Positions 1-10,330 are shown, numbered from the stretch's first letter. The stretch is 64,000 nucleotides of DNA from an uncultured Candidatus Rokubacteria bacterium (GCA_963805625.1 CAWDVE010000010.1:224001-288000); one strand, 5' to 3'. Translations and numbers: made by a program. Notes: generated from the sequence alone by a model not told the origin.

Positions 1-26
1 TGCGGTCCGTCAGCGCGACGAATCGC

Positions 27-1466
27 TTGCTCCGCGTGGACCTGCTGGATCTCGAGGGTCGGCCGTACACCTGGCCGGCGCCGCCGGGTCCGATGATGGG
101 CGGGATGGGCATGCGGCACCAGATGGGCCGTATGATGGGTCCCCCGGGAGTTCCGGGGGCGCACCGCGCGATGATGATGTATCTCTGGGGCCCGCGCTGG
201 AGGCCCGAGCCGCCCGATCCGAGCGTGCCACCCAAGGTCCGGGACCGGACGTACTGGGAAGGCACCGCGTTTGGCGTCGCCATCGGAGCCCGGACCTTCC
301 CCGGGATCATCGCCGTGCATGCGGACGCCGAGTATGTCCTGAACTTCCGCCGGGAGATCGGCGTCCAGCGGCAGGTGGAGGACCTGGGTCGCCGGGCGGG
401 GGTTGAGACCGTGGCGATCCTGGATCCGGATCTGACGGTGGTCGCGCATTCGGACCCGCGTCGGGTGGGGCGACAGGAGCCAGACACGGCGCTGCGACGG
501 CTTCTCGAGCAGGGAGGCACCCTGACGCGGTTCACAACCGACGACGGTGCCGGGTCCGCGCTCCAGATCGCGCGCCCGCTCGCGCTGGACGGCGTGCACC
601 CGGGCCTGCTCCAGATCCGGCTCTCCACCGCGCCGATGGAGGCGGTGTGGCGGCGCGACCGGGCGACGGCCGTCGTCGTTGCCCTGGCCGTCCTGGGGCT
701 CGGCGTCCTCGGGCTGGCGGTGATCTTCTACACGCAGCATCGTCATCTCGCCCAGGTCACCAGGCTCGAAGCCGAGGTGGCACGGCGCCACCGCCTCGCG
801 ACGCTCGGCAACATGGCGGCGGCGGTGAGCCATGAGGTGCGCAATCCGCTCAACGCCATCTCGATGGGGCTCCAGCGGCTCCGGGCCGAGTTCCGACCGA
901 CGGCCGGGCCCGCCGACTATGATCGTGTCCTCGAGCTCGTCGGCGGCGAGGTGCGGCGTCTCAATGCCCTGGTGGAGGAGTTCCTCGCGCTGGCCCGGCC
1001 GCCGGTCCTCAAGCCCGAGCTGGTCCGTCTCGGAGATCTCCTCGAAGAGGTCGTGGGGCTGATCGAGCCCGAGGCTCATCAGACGGGCATCCGCATCGAA
1101 CGGCGCATTCCGGCCGATCTCCCACCGCTCGTCGCCGACCGCGACCGGCTCAAGCAGGTCGTTCTGAACCTGGCCCGGAACGCGCTGGAGGCCATGCCCG
1201 ACGGTGGGACCTTCCGGTTGGAAGCCGGGCGAGCGCCGCACGCGCTGATGCTCACGGTCGCCGACTCGGGCGCCGGCATCCCGCCCGAGGCCCGGGATCG
1301 AATCTTCGAGCCCTACTACACGACGAAGGTCAAAGGACTCGGCCTCGGGCTCCCGCTCGCGCGCCAGATCGTCGAGGCGCACGGGGGGACGATCACGGTG
1401 GAACCCGTGGCCGGCGGCGGCACCCGCTTTCTGGTCACGCTGCCGCTCCGAGACGGGCGCGCGTAG
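27..1466 (+). CDS. Membrane sensor histidine kinase (ZraS/AtoS/NtrB-like); the true start may lie upstream of the window
   Basis: H-box SHEVRNPL, N-box NLARNALEA, G1 DSGAGI, F-box IFEPY, G2 GLGLGL; TM helix before HisKA; Met-rich N-terminal segment. Confidence 0.9.
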   Translation: MLRVDLLDLEGRPYTWPAPPGPMMGGMGMRHQMGRMMGPPGVPGAHRAMMMYLWGPRWRPEPPDPSVPPKVRDRTYWEGTAFGVAIGARTFPGIIAVHADAEYVLNFRREIGVQRQVEDLGRRAGVETVAILDPDLTVVAHSDPRRVGRQEPDTALRRLLEQGGTLTRFTTDDGAGSALQIARPLALDGVHPGLLQIRLSTAPMEAVWRRDRATAVVVALAVLGLGVLGLAVIFYTQHRHLAQVTRLEAEVARRHRLATLGNMAAAVSHEVRNPLNAISMGLQRLRAEFRPTAGPADYDRVLELVGGEVRRLNALVEEFLALARPPVLKPELVRLGDLLEEVVGLIEPEAHQTGIRIERRIPADLPPLVADRDRLKQVVLNLARNALEAMPDGGTFRLEAGRAPHALMLTVADSGAGIPPEARDRIFEPYYTTKVKGLGLGLPLARQIVEAHGGTITVEPVAGGGTRFLVTLPLRDGRA

Positions 1467-2828
1467 ATGCTGGAACCGTTCCGGATCCTGGTGGTGGACG
1501 ACGAGCCGGCGCAGCGCGAGCTGGTCGCCGGGTTCCTCCAGAAGCAGGGATGCGAGGTCGCGCTCGCCGGAGACGGGCACGAAGCCCTCGCGCGGTTCAA
1601 GGCCGAGCCATTCGACCTGGTCCTCACGGACCAGCGGATGCCAGGTCTCTCGGGCCTCGAGCTCCTCGCGGCGCTCCGGAGGGTGACCCCCGAAGTGGCC
1701 GTCATCGTGATGACGGCCTACGGCACGATCGAGACCGCCGTGGCGGCCATCAAGGCGGGGGCCGCGGACTACTTACCAAAGCCGCTCAACCTGGACGAGC
1801 TGCTGCACCGGATCCGGGCGGTGCGGGAGCGCGAGCGGCTGCTCGCCGAGAACCGGGAGCTTCGCCTCGCGCTCAGCGAGCGCCACCGCGTGGAAGGGAT
1901 CATCGGCGAGAGCGGACGCATGCAGGAGGTGCTCTCCCTCGTTCACCGGGTGGCGGGGAGTGACGCCACGGTGTTGATCCAGGGCGAGAGCGGAACCGGC
2001 AAGGAGCTAATCGCGAAGGCGATTCACTATGCGAGCCCCCGCGCCTCGGGGCCGCTCGTGAAGGTCAACTGCGCGGCCTTGCCCGAATCCCTCCTCGAGT
2101 CCGAGCTGTTCGGCCACGAGAAGGGCGCCTTCACGGGGGCCCTGGCGAGCCGCCAAGGACGCTTCGAGCTGGCCCACGGGGGCACCCTGTTCCTGGACGA
2201 GATCGGGGACCTCCCGCTGCACCTCCAGGTCAAGCTCCTGCGGGTCCTCCAGGAGCGAGAGTTCGAGCGCGTGGGCTCGAGCCGGCCGATCACGGCGGAC
2301 GTCCGGCTCATCGCAGCGACGCACCGGGACCTCGCGGCCGGCGTGAAGGCCGGCCAGTTCCGGGATGACCTGTATTACCGCCTCAACGTCGTGACCATCG
2401 TGATCCCGCCGCTCCGGGAGCGGCGGGAGGACATCCCGCCCTTGATCGACCACTTCGTGCGGAAGTTCGCCGAGGCGAACCGGAAGCCGATTGCCGGGAT
2501 GACCCCCGCGGCCCGGGAGCTCCTGCTGCGCTACGATTACCCGGGGAACGTCCGGGAGCTCGAGAACCTCATCGAGCGGGCGGTGGTCCTGACGCGCGAT
2601 GACGTGATCGGCCCGGCAGACCTCCCGGTGACGCTCCAGGACGTGACCACGGAGCTGGCCGAACCCGCCAGGCTGACGGCTGCCGTCGAGGCGCTCGAGC
2701 GGCGCCTGATTCGCAAGGCACTGGACGAGTCGGACGGCGTCCAGACGCGGGCCGCCGAGACGCTCGGGATCAGCGAGCGCGTGCTGCGGTACAAGCTGAA
2801 GAAGTACGGTCTCGCCGGGCCGGGCTGA
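1467..2828 (+). CDS. Sigma54-dependent response regulator (REC-AAA+-Fis HTH; ZraR/AtoC family)
   Basis: REC (VVDDE, TDQRMP), Walker A GESGTGKE, GAFTGA, Walker B FLDEIG, C-terminal HTH; abuts the kinase. Confidence 0.95.
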   Translation: MLEPFRILVVDDEPAQRELVAGFLQKQGCEVALAGDGHEALARFKAEPFDLVLTDQRMPGLSGLELLAALRRVTPEVAVIVMTAYGTIETAVAAIKAGAADYLPKPLNLDELLHRIRAVRERERLLAENRELRLALSERHRVEGIIGESGRMQEVLSLVHRVAGSDATVLIQGESGTGKELIAKAIHYASPRASGPLVKVNCAALPESLLESELFGHEKGAFTGALASRQGRFELAHGGTLFLDEIGDLPLHLQVKLLRVLQEREFERVGSSRPITADVRLIAATHRDLAAGVKAGQFRDDLYYRLNVVTIVIPPLRERREDIPPLIDHFVRKFAEANRKPIAGMTPAARELLLRYDYPGNVRELENLIERAVVLTRDDVIGPADLPVTLQDVTTELAEPARLTAAVEALERRLIRKALDESDGVQTRAAETLGISERVLRYKLKKYGLAGPG

Positions 2829-2877
2829 CCCGCGAGACCTCGCGATGCCACCGACGGCGACCCTTTCGGGATCCTAG

Positions 2878-3429
2878 GTGAAGATCCTGAACGACCAACG
2901 GGCGACATTCGCGGTGGTGCTCGGCCACCTTCGGAAGCGTGACTTCGCGGTGCTCTCGACGGTCAGCAAAGACAGCAAGCCTCACGCGGTCGGAGTGAAC
3001 TACGGCGTTTCGAGGCCGGGCCGTGACTTCGTGATCTATGTGATGACCCGGACACATCTCCAGAAGGCGCGGAACATCGAGCAGAATCCGAATGTCTCGC
3101 TGGTCGTCCCCTTGACGAGACGGATCCTGTGGTTTCTCCCGCCACCCACTATCCAGTTGCACGGCCACGCCGAGATCGTGGACTGGACCGACGAAGAGGG
3201 GACTGATGTCTTCAGGCGCTTCTGGATGGGTCGCCGAATTCTGGAGGCGTATCAAGAGTCCCACCGTCGCGGCGAAACCAGGATCTGCTTCTTGAAGATC
3301 ATTCCCGATCCTGTGGTCTACACGTACATGGTTGGATACAGCATCTGGCGGCTGCGGACCCGCATGGAATCGGGGGCGGCCAAGGTCGAGATCCCGCCCG
3401 AATATCGGCCATCGGCACCGCCGTCCTGA
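2878..3429 (+). CDS. Pyridoxamine 5'-phosphate oxidase-like (split-barrel flavin-binding) protein
   Basis: AVLSTVSKDSKPHAVGV...KARNIEQNPNVSL pattern. Confidence 0.7.
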   Translation: MKILNDQRATFAVVLGHLRKRDFAVLSTVSKDSKPHAVGVNYGVSRPGRDFVIYVMTRTHLQKARNIEQNPNVSLVVPLTRRILWFLPPPTIQLHGHAEIVDWTDEEGTDVFRRFWMGRRILEAYQESHRRGETRICFLKIIPDPVVYTYMVGYSIWRLRTRMESGAAKVEIPPEYRPSAPPS

Positions 3430-3499
3430 TCGGCATCGTCGGCAGTCTTAGGCGGTCGGTGTCGGTCCGGTCGCCGCGCGCGGGAACAGGCGGGCACGG

Positions 3500-5242
3500 C
3501 TACCCTCCACCTCCGGTCTCGACAATCGGCTGGGCGAGGATCCAGAGGCTGACCATCGTGTAGCTCACCATCAGCACCAGCATGGGGTACTGGCTTGCCA
3601 GCGCCCGGCGCCGGTCGGGGAACTCGCGCAGCGCGATAACGTGGGCCACGTAGACGGCCACGATGTGGCCGACGACGATCGCCGTGACCGCCGTGTACCA
3701 AGCGAAGCGCGCGCCCACGATGCCGATGTCCGGCTGGTACCCGGCGGTCGCGAAGAGGTCCCAGCCGAAGCCGAGAGGGTCCGAGACGAGCGGGACGATG
3801 CGCTGGCCCTGGATCAAGAGGTACGTGAAATAGTGCGCGAGGTGATAGGCGATCGCAATCGGGACCAGCGAGAAGATGAAGCCGCGCGCAAGGCCTCCCG
3901 CTCGTCCAGGCGCCCCGCCCGCCCTGGCCATCGCCGTCGCGAAGAGCCCGTAGACACCGAGGAAGAGCAGGGGGAATGCGAAGAGGCCCACCGTCGCGAT
4001 CCCCGGCCAGCCGCCTGGGCCGCGCAGTGTGGACGCGAACGTGTTGTAGAGCGTCTCCCAGGCCGGCGTCGCCGTGAAGCCGTCGAACGTGACGGTCGAG
4101 AGCAGGGTAAGCACGAACGCGACCATCGACGGGGACACGGTCTCGCGGCGGAGAAGCCCGGCCCCGAAGGGGCGGAGGTTCAGCTTCCGGGCGGCTGCGG
4201 GGGCACGCGCGAAGCACTCCGCACAGTCCACGCAGGCGCCGTTGCGGTCGCGACAGGCGACGGGACAGCGTGCGCAGACCGCTGGATCCGTGACGCGCAT
4301 CTCCGTCGGCGCAAACCGCGCCAGGACGCCGAAGGCCAGCGAGAACGGATCGCCGTAACGGAGCCAGATTGCGCGCCCGAACACGAACATTCCCGTCCAC
4401 GTGAGGAGCGAATAGGCTGCGATCGCGAGCGTGAGCAGCGGGGGGTCGATCGCGGCCCGCGAGATGAGCTCGACCCACGCGAAGGCGAGAAACAGGCCAA
4501 CGGCCGGCCAGACGCCCAGGGCGAGAGGATACGGCCGGTTCAGCGCCAGGGCGTCGTCGGGGTCGGCACCGCGCCGATAGAGGGCCTCCGCCCACGCGAA
4601 GAGCGTCGCCCAGGGGTTCACGACGGCCCACAGGTTGCCGACGAGCGCGGAGACATAGGCGAATCCGACCCACCAAAGGATCCAGACCATCGTGGGTGCA
4701 AGGTTTCGGGTCGGGTTCGGGTGGCCGACGATCCCCGCGGCGACGACCAGGAGAAGGAGCGCGACGGACGCCGTCTGGAGACCCCACCGCACGTATTCGT
4801 GGACGAGCACGCGGCCCCAGCGCCAGCGCAGCAGGTTGACGCGAGGGGACCCGCGGAGCCCGGGCGTCCCCCGGACGAACAGTCCGATGACGGCGAAGGA
4901 GAGCGCCACGGCCAGAGCCGCGCCGCCAACCCAGAGGCCCAGCGGGACGGGCAGATCGTAGCGCTGGGCGAAGGCGTGGGCGAAAGCCGGGCGGGGTAGA
5001 CTGAGGCCCACGCCGACGCTGGCCAGGATCGCGCTCGTGGACGCCGAGCCATGAAGGCTCGGGTCAGCCGTCGGTCCGGCTCGGGCTGAGCGGTCGCTCT
5101 CTGCCCCTCGGCCGTGAGGGTTTCGGTCGGCGTCTCGTTGGGGGTGCCCCGCCGGCACCACCGACGGACCATTGCCCGGGGCCCTTCGCGGGTGCGCGGG
5201 CGGCCGTGAGGTCGCTTGCGGTGAGTCCGGGCGTGCGGACAC
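3500..5242 (-). CDS. Polytopic membrane protein with a Cys-rich loop (family often labelled 'fenitrothion hydrolase'); start uncertain, probably nearer 5050
   Basis: AFA-HAFAQRYDLPVP N-terminus, multiple TM segments, LVPIAIAYHLAHY, DPLGFGWDLF, SQYPMLVLMVSYT; CxxCxxxC-x6-CxxCxxC. Confidence 0.7.
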   Translation of the reverse strand: MSARPDSPQATSRPPAHPRRAPGNGPSVVPAGHPQRDADRNPHGRGAESDRSARAGPTADPSLHGSASTSAILASVGVGLSLPRPAFAHAFAQRYDLPVPLGLWVGGAALAVALSFAVIGLFVRGTPGLRGSPRVNLLRWRWGRVLVHEYVRWGLQTASVALLLLVVAAGIVGHPNPTRNLAPTMVWILWWVGFAYVSALVGNLWAVVNPWATLFAWAEALYRRGADPDDALALNRPYPLALGVWPAVGLFLAFAWVELISRAAIDPPLLTLAIAAYSLLTWTGMFVFGRAIWLRYGDPFSLAFGVLARFAPTEMRVTDPAVCARCPVACRDRNGACVDCAECFARAPAAARKLNLRPFGAGLLRRETVSPSMVAFVLTLLSTVTFDGFTATPAWETLYNTFASTLRGPGGWPGIATVGLFAFPLLFLGVYGLFATAMARAGGAPGRAGGLARGFIFSLVPIAIAYHLAHYFTYLLIQGQRIVPLVSDPLGFGWDLFATAGYQPDIGIVGARFAWYTAVTAIVVGHIVAVYVAHVIALREFPDRRRALASQYPMLVLMVSYTMVSLWILAQPIVETGGGG

Positions 5243-5279
5243 AGGGGGCCTTGGGGGTTCTGCGCTGACGCGCAGCGAG

Positions 5280-5600
5280 TCAGGCCATCAGGCCGCCGAG
5301 GATCGCGCCGAGGATCATCGGCCCCACCTGCGCCGCGACCAGCGCGGCGCCGCCGGCCGCGGCGATCGCGCCGATCAGAGGTATGCCCGTGAGGACCGTC
5401 GCGAGGACGAAGAGCAGCGCGCCGACGACGAACGCGGGCACGAGCGCCGCGATGATGGCCCGGGCAACACCGCCCGCCTTCCGGCCTCCGATCACGCCGC
5501 CGAGAAGCGGCCCCACGAAAGGGAGCCAGAAGAGCAAGAGGGAGATCACCAGCATCCAGAAGGCGGCGCCGACGATGCTGCTGCGCCCGGCGTTGCTCAT
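5280..5600 (-). CDS. Small Gly-rich membrane protein
   Basis: 106 aa, almost entirely hydrophobic; RBS-like AGGGAG; 4-bp overlap with tag. Confidence 0.7.
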   Translation of the reverse strand: MSNAGRSSIVGAAFWMLVISLLLFWLPFVGPLLGGVIGGRKAGGVARAIIAALVPAFVVGALLFVLATVLTGIPLIGAIAAAGGAALVAAQVGPMILGAILGGLMA

Positions 5601-6259
5601 GGTCGCTCCCTTCGGGTTCGTGGCGGCCCGCCGTGCGGCTCGGGGGCGCCGCCTCGCGCCCGGAGCCGTGCCACCTCGGGGTGACGGAAGCAGTCGACGA
5701 CATGGTCGTTCACCAGGCCGCCGGCCTGCATGAAGGCGTAGCAGATGGTCGAGCCGACGAACGTGAAGCCCCGGTCCCGGAGCGCCCGGCTGAGCGCGTC
5801 AGACTCCGGCGTGCGCGGCGGGACGTCCTTCAGGCTTCGCCACGCATTCTGACGCGGTGCTCCGCCGACGAAGCCCCAGACGAAGCGGTCGAAGCTCCCG
5901 AGCTCCGCCCGGAGCGCCAGGAAGGCGCGGGCGTTCTGGACCGTGCCCCGGATCTTGAGCTGGTTCCGGACGATGCCAGGATCGGCGAGGAGCGAGCGGA
6001 CCTTGGCGGCTCCGTAGCCGGCCACCTTCCGGGGGGCGAAGCGGTCGAAGGCGCGCCGGTACCCCGCGCGCTTGCGGAGGATCGTGATCCAGGCGAGGCC
6101 CGCCTGGGCGCCCTCGAGGCACAGGAGCTCGAAGAGCCGCCGGTCGTCGTGGAGCGGCACGCCCCACTCGCGGTCGTGATACGCGCGATAGAGGGGATCG
6201 GTCGCGCCCCAGGCGCATCGAACGCGATCGATCGGGTCGGGCGGGGAGCGGCGTGCCAT
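5597..6259 (-). CDS. tag: DNA-3-methyladenine glycosylase I
   Basis: RCAW, YHDREWG, LEGAQAGLAW, IVRNQLKI, FVGSTICYAFMQA, NDHVVDC. Confidence 0.95.
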   Translation of the reverse strand: MARRSPPDPIDRVRCAWGATDPLYRAYHDREWGVPLHDDRRLFELLCLEGAQAGLAWITILRKRAGYRRAFDRFAPRKVAGYGAAKVRSLLADPGIVRNQLKIRGTVQNARAFLALRAELGSFDRFVWGFVGGAPRQNAWRSLKDVPPRTPESDALSRALRDRGFTFVGSTICYAFMQAGGLVNDHVVDCFRHPEVARLRARGGAPEPHGGPPRTRRERP

Positions 6260-6284
6260 GGCGTGCTATTATGCAGCTACTCCA

Positions 6285-7601
6285 ATGGCTCGCGGTGGGC
6301 GGGGTAGGTCTGTCGCCGGCCGTGTCCTGGCCGGCTTCACGCTGGGGTTCGCGCTGGTCACGGCGGCCGGGGCGGAGACGGTCTCCACGCTCGAGATCGA
6401 CGGCGTCATCAGCCCCGTCACGGTCCGCCTCGTCTCCACGGCGATCGAGCGGGCGCGGGCCGACGGTGCCACTGCCCTCGTGATCCTCCTCGACACTCCC
6501 GGCGGGCTCGAGCGATCGATGCGCTCGATCGTCCGGGACATGCTGAACTCCCCGGTCCCGGTGATCGTCTACGTGGCGCCTACCGGCGCCCGCGCAGCGT
6601 CGGCGGGCGCCTTCATCACGATCGCCGCCCACGTCGCCGCCATGGCGCCGGCCACCAACATCGGCGCCGCGCATCCCGTCGCCGCCGGCGGCGGGAGTAT
6701 GGACAAAGAGTCGATGCGGAAGGTGGAGAACGACGCGGCCGCCTTCATCCGGACCGTGGCGCGTGAGCGCGGGCGGAACCCGGACTGGGCGGAGAAGGCG
6801 GTGCGCTCCAGCGTGTCGGCCACCGAGCAGGAGGCCCTCAAGCTCGGGATCATCGACCTGGTCGCCGCGAACCTCCCCGACCTCCTGGCGAAGGTCGACG
6901 GCCGACAGGTGAAGACGTCCCGGGGGGCGGTCACCCTCCATACGCGCGGGGCGACCGTCCAGGCCCTCGCCGTCGGGTGGCGAGACCGGTTCCTCGCGCT
7001 CATCAGCGACCCGAACATCGCCTACATCCTGCTCATGCTCGGGATGCTGGGCCTCTTCTTCGAGCTCGCCAACCCGGGCGTCATCCTTCCGGGCGTGATC
7101 GGCGGCATCTCGCTCATCCTCGCGTTCTTCGCCTTCCAGAGCTTGCCGATCAACTGGGCTGGACTCCTCCTCATCCTCTTCGGGATCGTGCTCCTGATCG
7201 CCGAGATCAAGGTCGTGAGCCACGGCGTCCTCACGATCGGCGGGATCATCGCGATCCTGCTCGGCTCGATGATGCTGGTGAACACCCCGGAGCTCCCGCT
7301 CCGCGTCGCGTGGACGGTGATCATCCCGGTGGTGGCGCTGACGGCGGGCATCTTCGTCTTCGCCGTCTCGGCCGGGGTGCGGGCCCAGATGCAGCGCCCC
7401 ACGACCGGCGCGGCGGGGCTGCTCCACGAGACCGGCGTGGCGAAGACGCCGCTCGACCCGGAGGGTCAGGTGCTCGTCCACGGGGAGCTGTGGACGGCGG
7501 TGGCGGACGCCCCGGGCATTCCCGCGGGCGAGCACGTCCGCGTCGTCGGCGTCGATGGGCTCAGGCTTCGGGTGGAGCGCGCGTCCGGCCAGCCGGCCTG
7601 A
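6285..7601 (+). CDS. nfeD: NfeD family membrane-bound serine protease (ClpP class)
   Basis: [21 protein letters not shown] bundle, C-terminal OB fold [12 protein letters not shown]. Confidence 0.92.
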   Translation: MARGGRGRSVAGRVLAGFTLGFALVTAAGAETVSTLEIDGVISPVTVRLVSTAIERARADGATALVILLDTPGGLERSMRSIVRDMLNSPVPVIVYVAPTGARAASAGAFITIAAHVAAMAPATNIGAAHPVAAGGGSMDKESMRKVENDAAAFIRTVARERGRNPDWAEKAVRSSVSATEQEALKLGIIDLVAANLPDLLAKVDGRQVKTSRGAVTLHTRGATVQALAVGWRDRFLALISDPNIAYILLMLGMLGLFFELANPGVILPGVIGGISLILAFFAFQSLPINWAGLLLILFGIVLLIAEIKVVSHGVLTIGGIIAILLGSMMLVNTPELPLRVAWTVIIPVVALTAGIFVFAVSAGVRAQMQRPTTGAAGLLHETGVAKTPLDPEGQVLVHGELWTAVADAPGIPAGEHVRVVGVDGLRLRVERASGQPA

Positions 7602-7618
7602 CGCTGCCAGGAGGACGC

Positions 7619-8398
7619 ATGGAAACCGCCTTCTACGTCGTGCCGGTCCTGATCCTCGCGTTGTTCATCCTGTCGTCATCGGTCAAGATCCTGCGTGAGT
7701 ACGAGCGGGCCGTCATCTTCCGACTGGGGCGCCTCGTCCCCAACAAGGGCCAGCGGCCCGGCGTCATCCTGCTGATTCCCTTCGTCGACAAGATGGTGAA
7801 GGTGAGCCTCCGCACGGTCACCCACGACGTGGCCCCTCAGGATGTCATCACGCGGGACAACGTATCGATCAAGGTCAACGCCGTGATCTTCTTCCGCGTC
7901 ATCGACCCGCGTCAGGCGGTCGTCCAGGTGGAAGACTATCTCTACGCGACGTCGCAGATCGCACAGACGACGCTCCGGAGCGTCCTCGGCCAGGTGGAGC
8001 TGGACGACCTCCTCGCCTCGCGGGAGCAGGTCAACCAGCAGCTCCAGCGGATCATCGATCAGCACACCGATCCCTGGGGGGTGAAGGTGACCGCCGTCGA
8101 GGTCAAGCACGTCGATCTTCCGCAGGACATGCAGCGGGCTATGTCGAAGCAGGCCGAGGCCGAGCGCGAGCGGCGGGCCAAGGTCATCAACTCCGAGGGT
8201 GAGTTCCAGGCGGCCGAGAAGCTCGCGCAGGCGGCGATGGTCCTGGCCCAGACGCCGATCGCGGTCCAGCTCCGCTTCCTCCAGACGATGCGCGAGGTTG
8301 CCTCCGAGCGCAGTACCACGACGTTCTTCCCGATTCCCATCGACCTCTTCGCGCCGTTCCTCAAGGCACTAGAAGGAACGGGCGCGTCGAAGCCCTGA
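7619..8398 (+). CDS. Stomatin/slipin SPFH protein
   Basis: [42 protein letters not shown]; RBS AGGAGG; canonical partner of nfeD. Confidence 0.95.
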   Translation: METAFYVVPVLILALFILSSSVKILREYERAVIFRLGRLVPNKGQRPGVILLIPFVDKMVKVSLRTVTHDVAPQDVITRDNVSIKVNAVIFFRVIDPRQAVVQVEDYLYATSQIAQTTLRSVLGQVELDDLLASREQVNQQLQRIIDQHTDPWGVKVTAVEVKHVDLPQDMQRAMSKQAEAERERRAKVINSEGEFQAAEKLAQAAMVLAQTPIAVQLRFLQTMREVASERSTTTFFPIPIDLFAPFLKALEGTGASKP

Positions 8399-8412
8399 TC
8401 GCTTCGCCGGGA

Positions 8413-9689
8413 GTGTCGGGCCCGGAGGAGGAGCCCTCTCGCGGGGCCCGCGCGGGGTCACGCGCCGACGTCGCCCTCGCCGCGGCCGCGATCGGCCTCG
8501 GGGCGCTCCTCCTCTTCGGGATCCAGCCGATCATCGCCAAGCGGCTGCTTCCGTGGTTCGGCGGGTCTGCGGCGGTGTGGATCACCTGCCTGGTCTTCTT
8601 CCAGACGGCGCTCCTCGCCGGTTACCTCTACGCCCACGCGCTTCACCGGTGGCTCTCGGCCCGGGAGCAGTCCGTTGCCCACCTCGGCGTGCTCCTCCTG
8701 AGCCTGCCCGCGCTGAAGGCGCTTCTCGATTCCAGCCCGCCCGCGCGCCTGGACGGCGACCCGACGATCGGGGTCCTGAACCTTCTCGCCATGACCATCG
8801 GGCTGCCCTATGTCCTGCTCGCCAGCACGGGTCCGCTGCTTCAAGCCTGGCTGGTGCGGCAGCCCGGCACCGCGCCGCCCTACCGGCTCTTCGCCCTGTC
8901 GAACCTCGCCTCTCTGGTGGCGCTGCTCGGCTACCCTGTGCTCATCGAGCCGTCGATTGCCTGGCGGCGGCAGGCGATCGGCTGGGCGCTGGCCTATCTC
9001 GGATTCGCGCTGCTTTCGGCCGCCGCCGCGCTGCGCGCGGCCAGAGGGACACCGTCGAAGCCGTCCGCGCCGCCCACGCGGGACGATGCGGGGGAGACCT
9101 CCACCGCACTGAGCCGGGGCGAGCGGAGCCTTTGGATTGGGCTGGCCGCTTGTGGGACCCTGCTCCTGCTGGCGGTGACGGCGGAAATCACCCAGCAGAT
9201 CGTGCCGGCGCCGCTCCTGTGGATCGTTCCGCTCGGAGCGTACCTGCTGACCTTCGTCGTCTGCTTCGAGTGGCCGCGGCTCTACTGGAGGCCGCTCTGG
9301 ATCGGCCTGCTCCCGATCGCGCTCGTGGGCATCGCGTACCTGACGAGACAGGGGATCAACCAGCTCGCCGCGACGTGGCGAGTCGCCTTCTTCGTGGCCG
9401 GGCTCTTCGCCTGCTGCATGGTGTGCCATGGCGAGATCGCGCGACGCCGTCCGAGCGCGTGCCATCTCACGACGTACGATCTCCTGATCGCGCTCGGCGG
9501 CGCGCTGGGAGGTCTGTTCGCGGGGGTGGCGGCGCCGCTCCTGTTCTCATCCCGCCGGCGGAGGGCCAGGCTCAATACCCGGCGCTCTGGCAGTTCGGCG
9601 CTCTGCTCGAGCCCACGCCGGGATTCCGCCCGTGGACCGACGACCTCTGGAGCTTCTACCCCGTGCTTCTTCGCAAGGGTCACCGCTGA
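8413..9689 (+). pseudogene. Membrane-anchored spermidine-synthase-like protein with internal deletion and frameshift near 9550
   Basis: N-terminal QPIIAKRLLPWFGGSAAVW, FFQTALLAGY, YRLFALSN, CHGEIARRRP; the family C-terminal RPWTDD motif follows in another frame; the SAM-binding domain is missing. Confidence 0.7.
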
Positions 9690-9869
9690 CGCCTCAGGTG
9701 GACTGACCGAGGCGCACCATCCTCCGGGCGGTTGCGTCCGCTCCCATTCGTCCAATTGTGCTGCATTGTCACGTCACGGATCTCTTGTGGTGAAGAACCT
9801 GGCTTCTTTCACTTCAGGAAGGATGATCGCGCGTTCGTCGGGGTCATTTTCTGGTTGGCGCGTGATCTT

Positions 9870-10070
9870 GCCCGAGTTCGAGGCGCGCCGGGCCGTCCAC
9901 GTCACCACCGCGGATGTGACGGACTACATCACGAAACGCCAAGCGGCGAAGGCGGCAAACGCCACGATCAACCGGGAACTCGCCGCGCTCAAGAAGACGT
10001 ATGCCCTGGGGATGGCCGCGGAGCGCATCCACCGGGCGCCACGGTTCGGGATGCTCCAGGAGGACGACGC
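9870..10070 (+). pseudogene. Tyrosine recombinase/phage integrase remnant (core-binding region)
   Basis: ADVTDYITKRQAAKAANATINRELAALKK...MLQEDDA; no catalytic domain follows; next to tRNA. Confidence 0.7.
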
Positions 10071-10181
10071 AGGCCGTCGCCCACGCCTTCTACTGGCGGT
10101 GCGCGATCGTCGACGAGGCAATGCTCCGAGAGGGCGCCGATAAGCTGGCCCGCGCCGGATCGTGATGGATCTTGGGCACAG

Positions 10182-10210
10182 TGGACGAAATCCAGTGCGC
10201 CGTGTATCGT
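10182..10210 (+). promoter_or_regulatory. Putative sigma70 promoter of tRNA-Ala
   Basis: TGGACG-17 nt-TATCGT, 11 nt upstream of the tRNA. Confidence 0.5.
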
Positions 10211-10221
10211 AACTCCGCGCG

Positions 10222-10298
10222 GGGGGGTTAGCTCAGCCCGGGAGAGCGCTGGAATCGCACTCCAGAGGCCGAGGGTTCGAATCCCTTACCCTCCACCA
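10222..10298 (+). tRNA. tRNA-Ala(CGC)
   Basis: Full cloverleaf: acceptor GGGGGGT/ACCCTCC with G3:U70, D stem GCTC/GAGC, anticodon stem CTGGA/TCCAG with loop ATCGCAC, T loop TTCGAAT, encoded CCA. Confidence 0.97.
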
Positions 10299-10304
10299 CT
10301 TGTG

Positions 10305-10330
10305 ACGCCGCGTCAGAAGCGGCGTTTTCT
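10305..10330 (+). terminator. Probable intrinsic terminator after the tRNA
   Basis: ACGCCGC-gtcagaa-GCGGCGT followed by TTTCT. Confidence 0.55.

Noticed and set aside
9856-9872. TGGCGCGTGATCTTGC as a sigma54 promoter
   Set aside because: GG-to-GC spacing is one base too long
8413-10143. 576-aa ORF as a real membrane protein-integrase fusion
   Set aside because: Chimeric read-through of a frameshifted pseudogene into an integrase remnant
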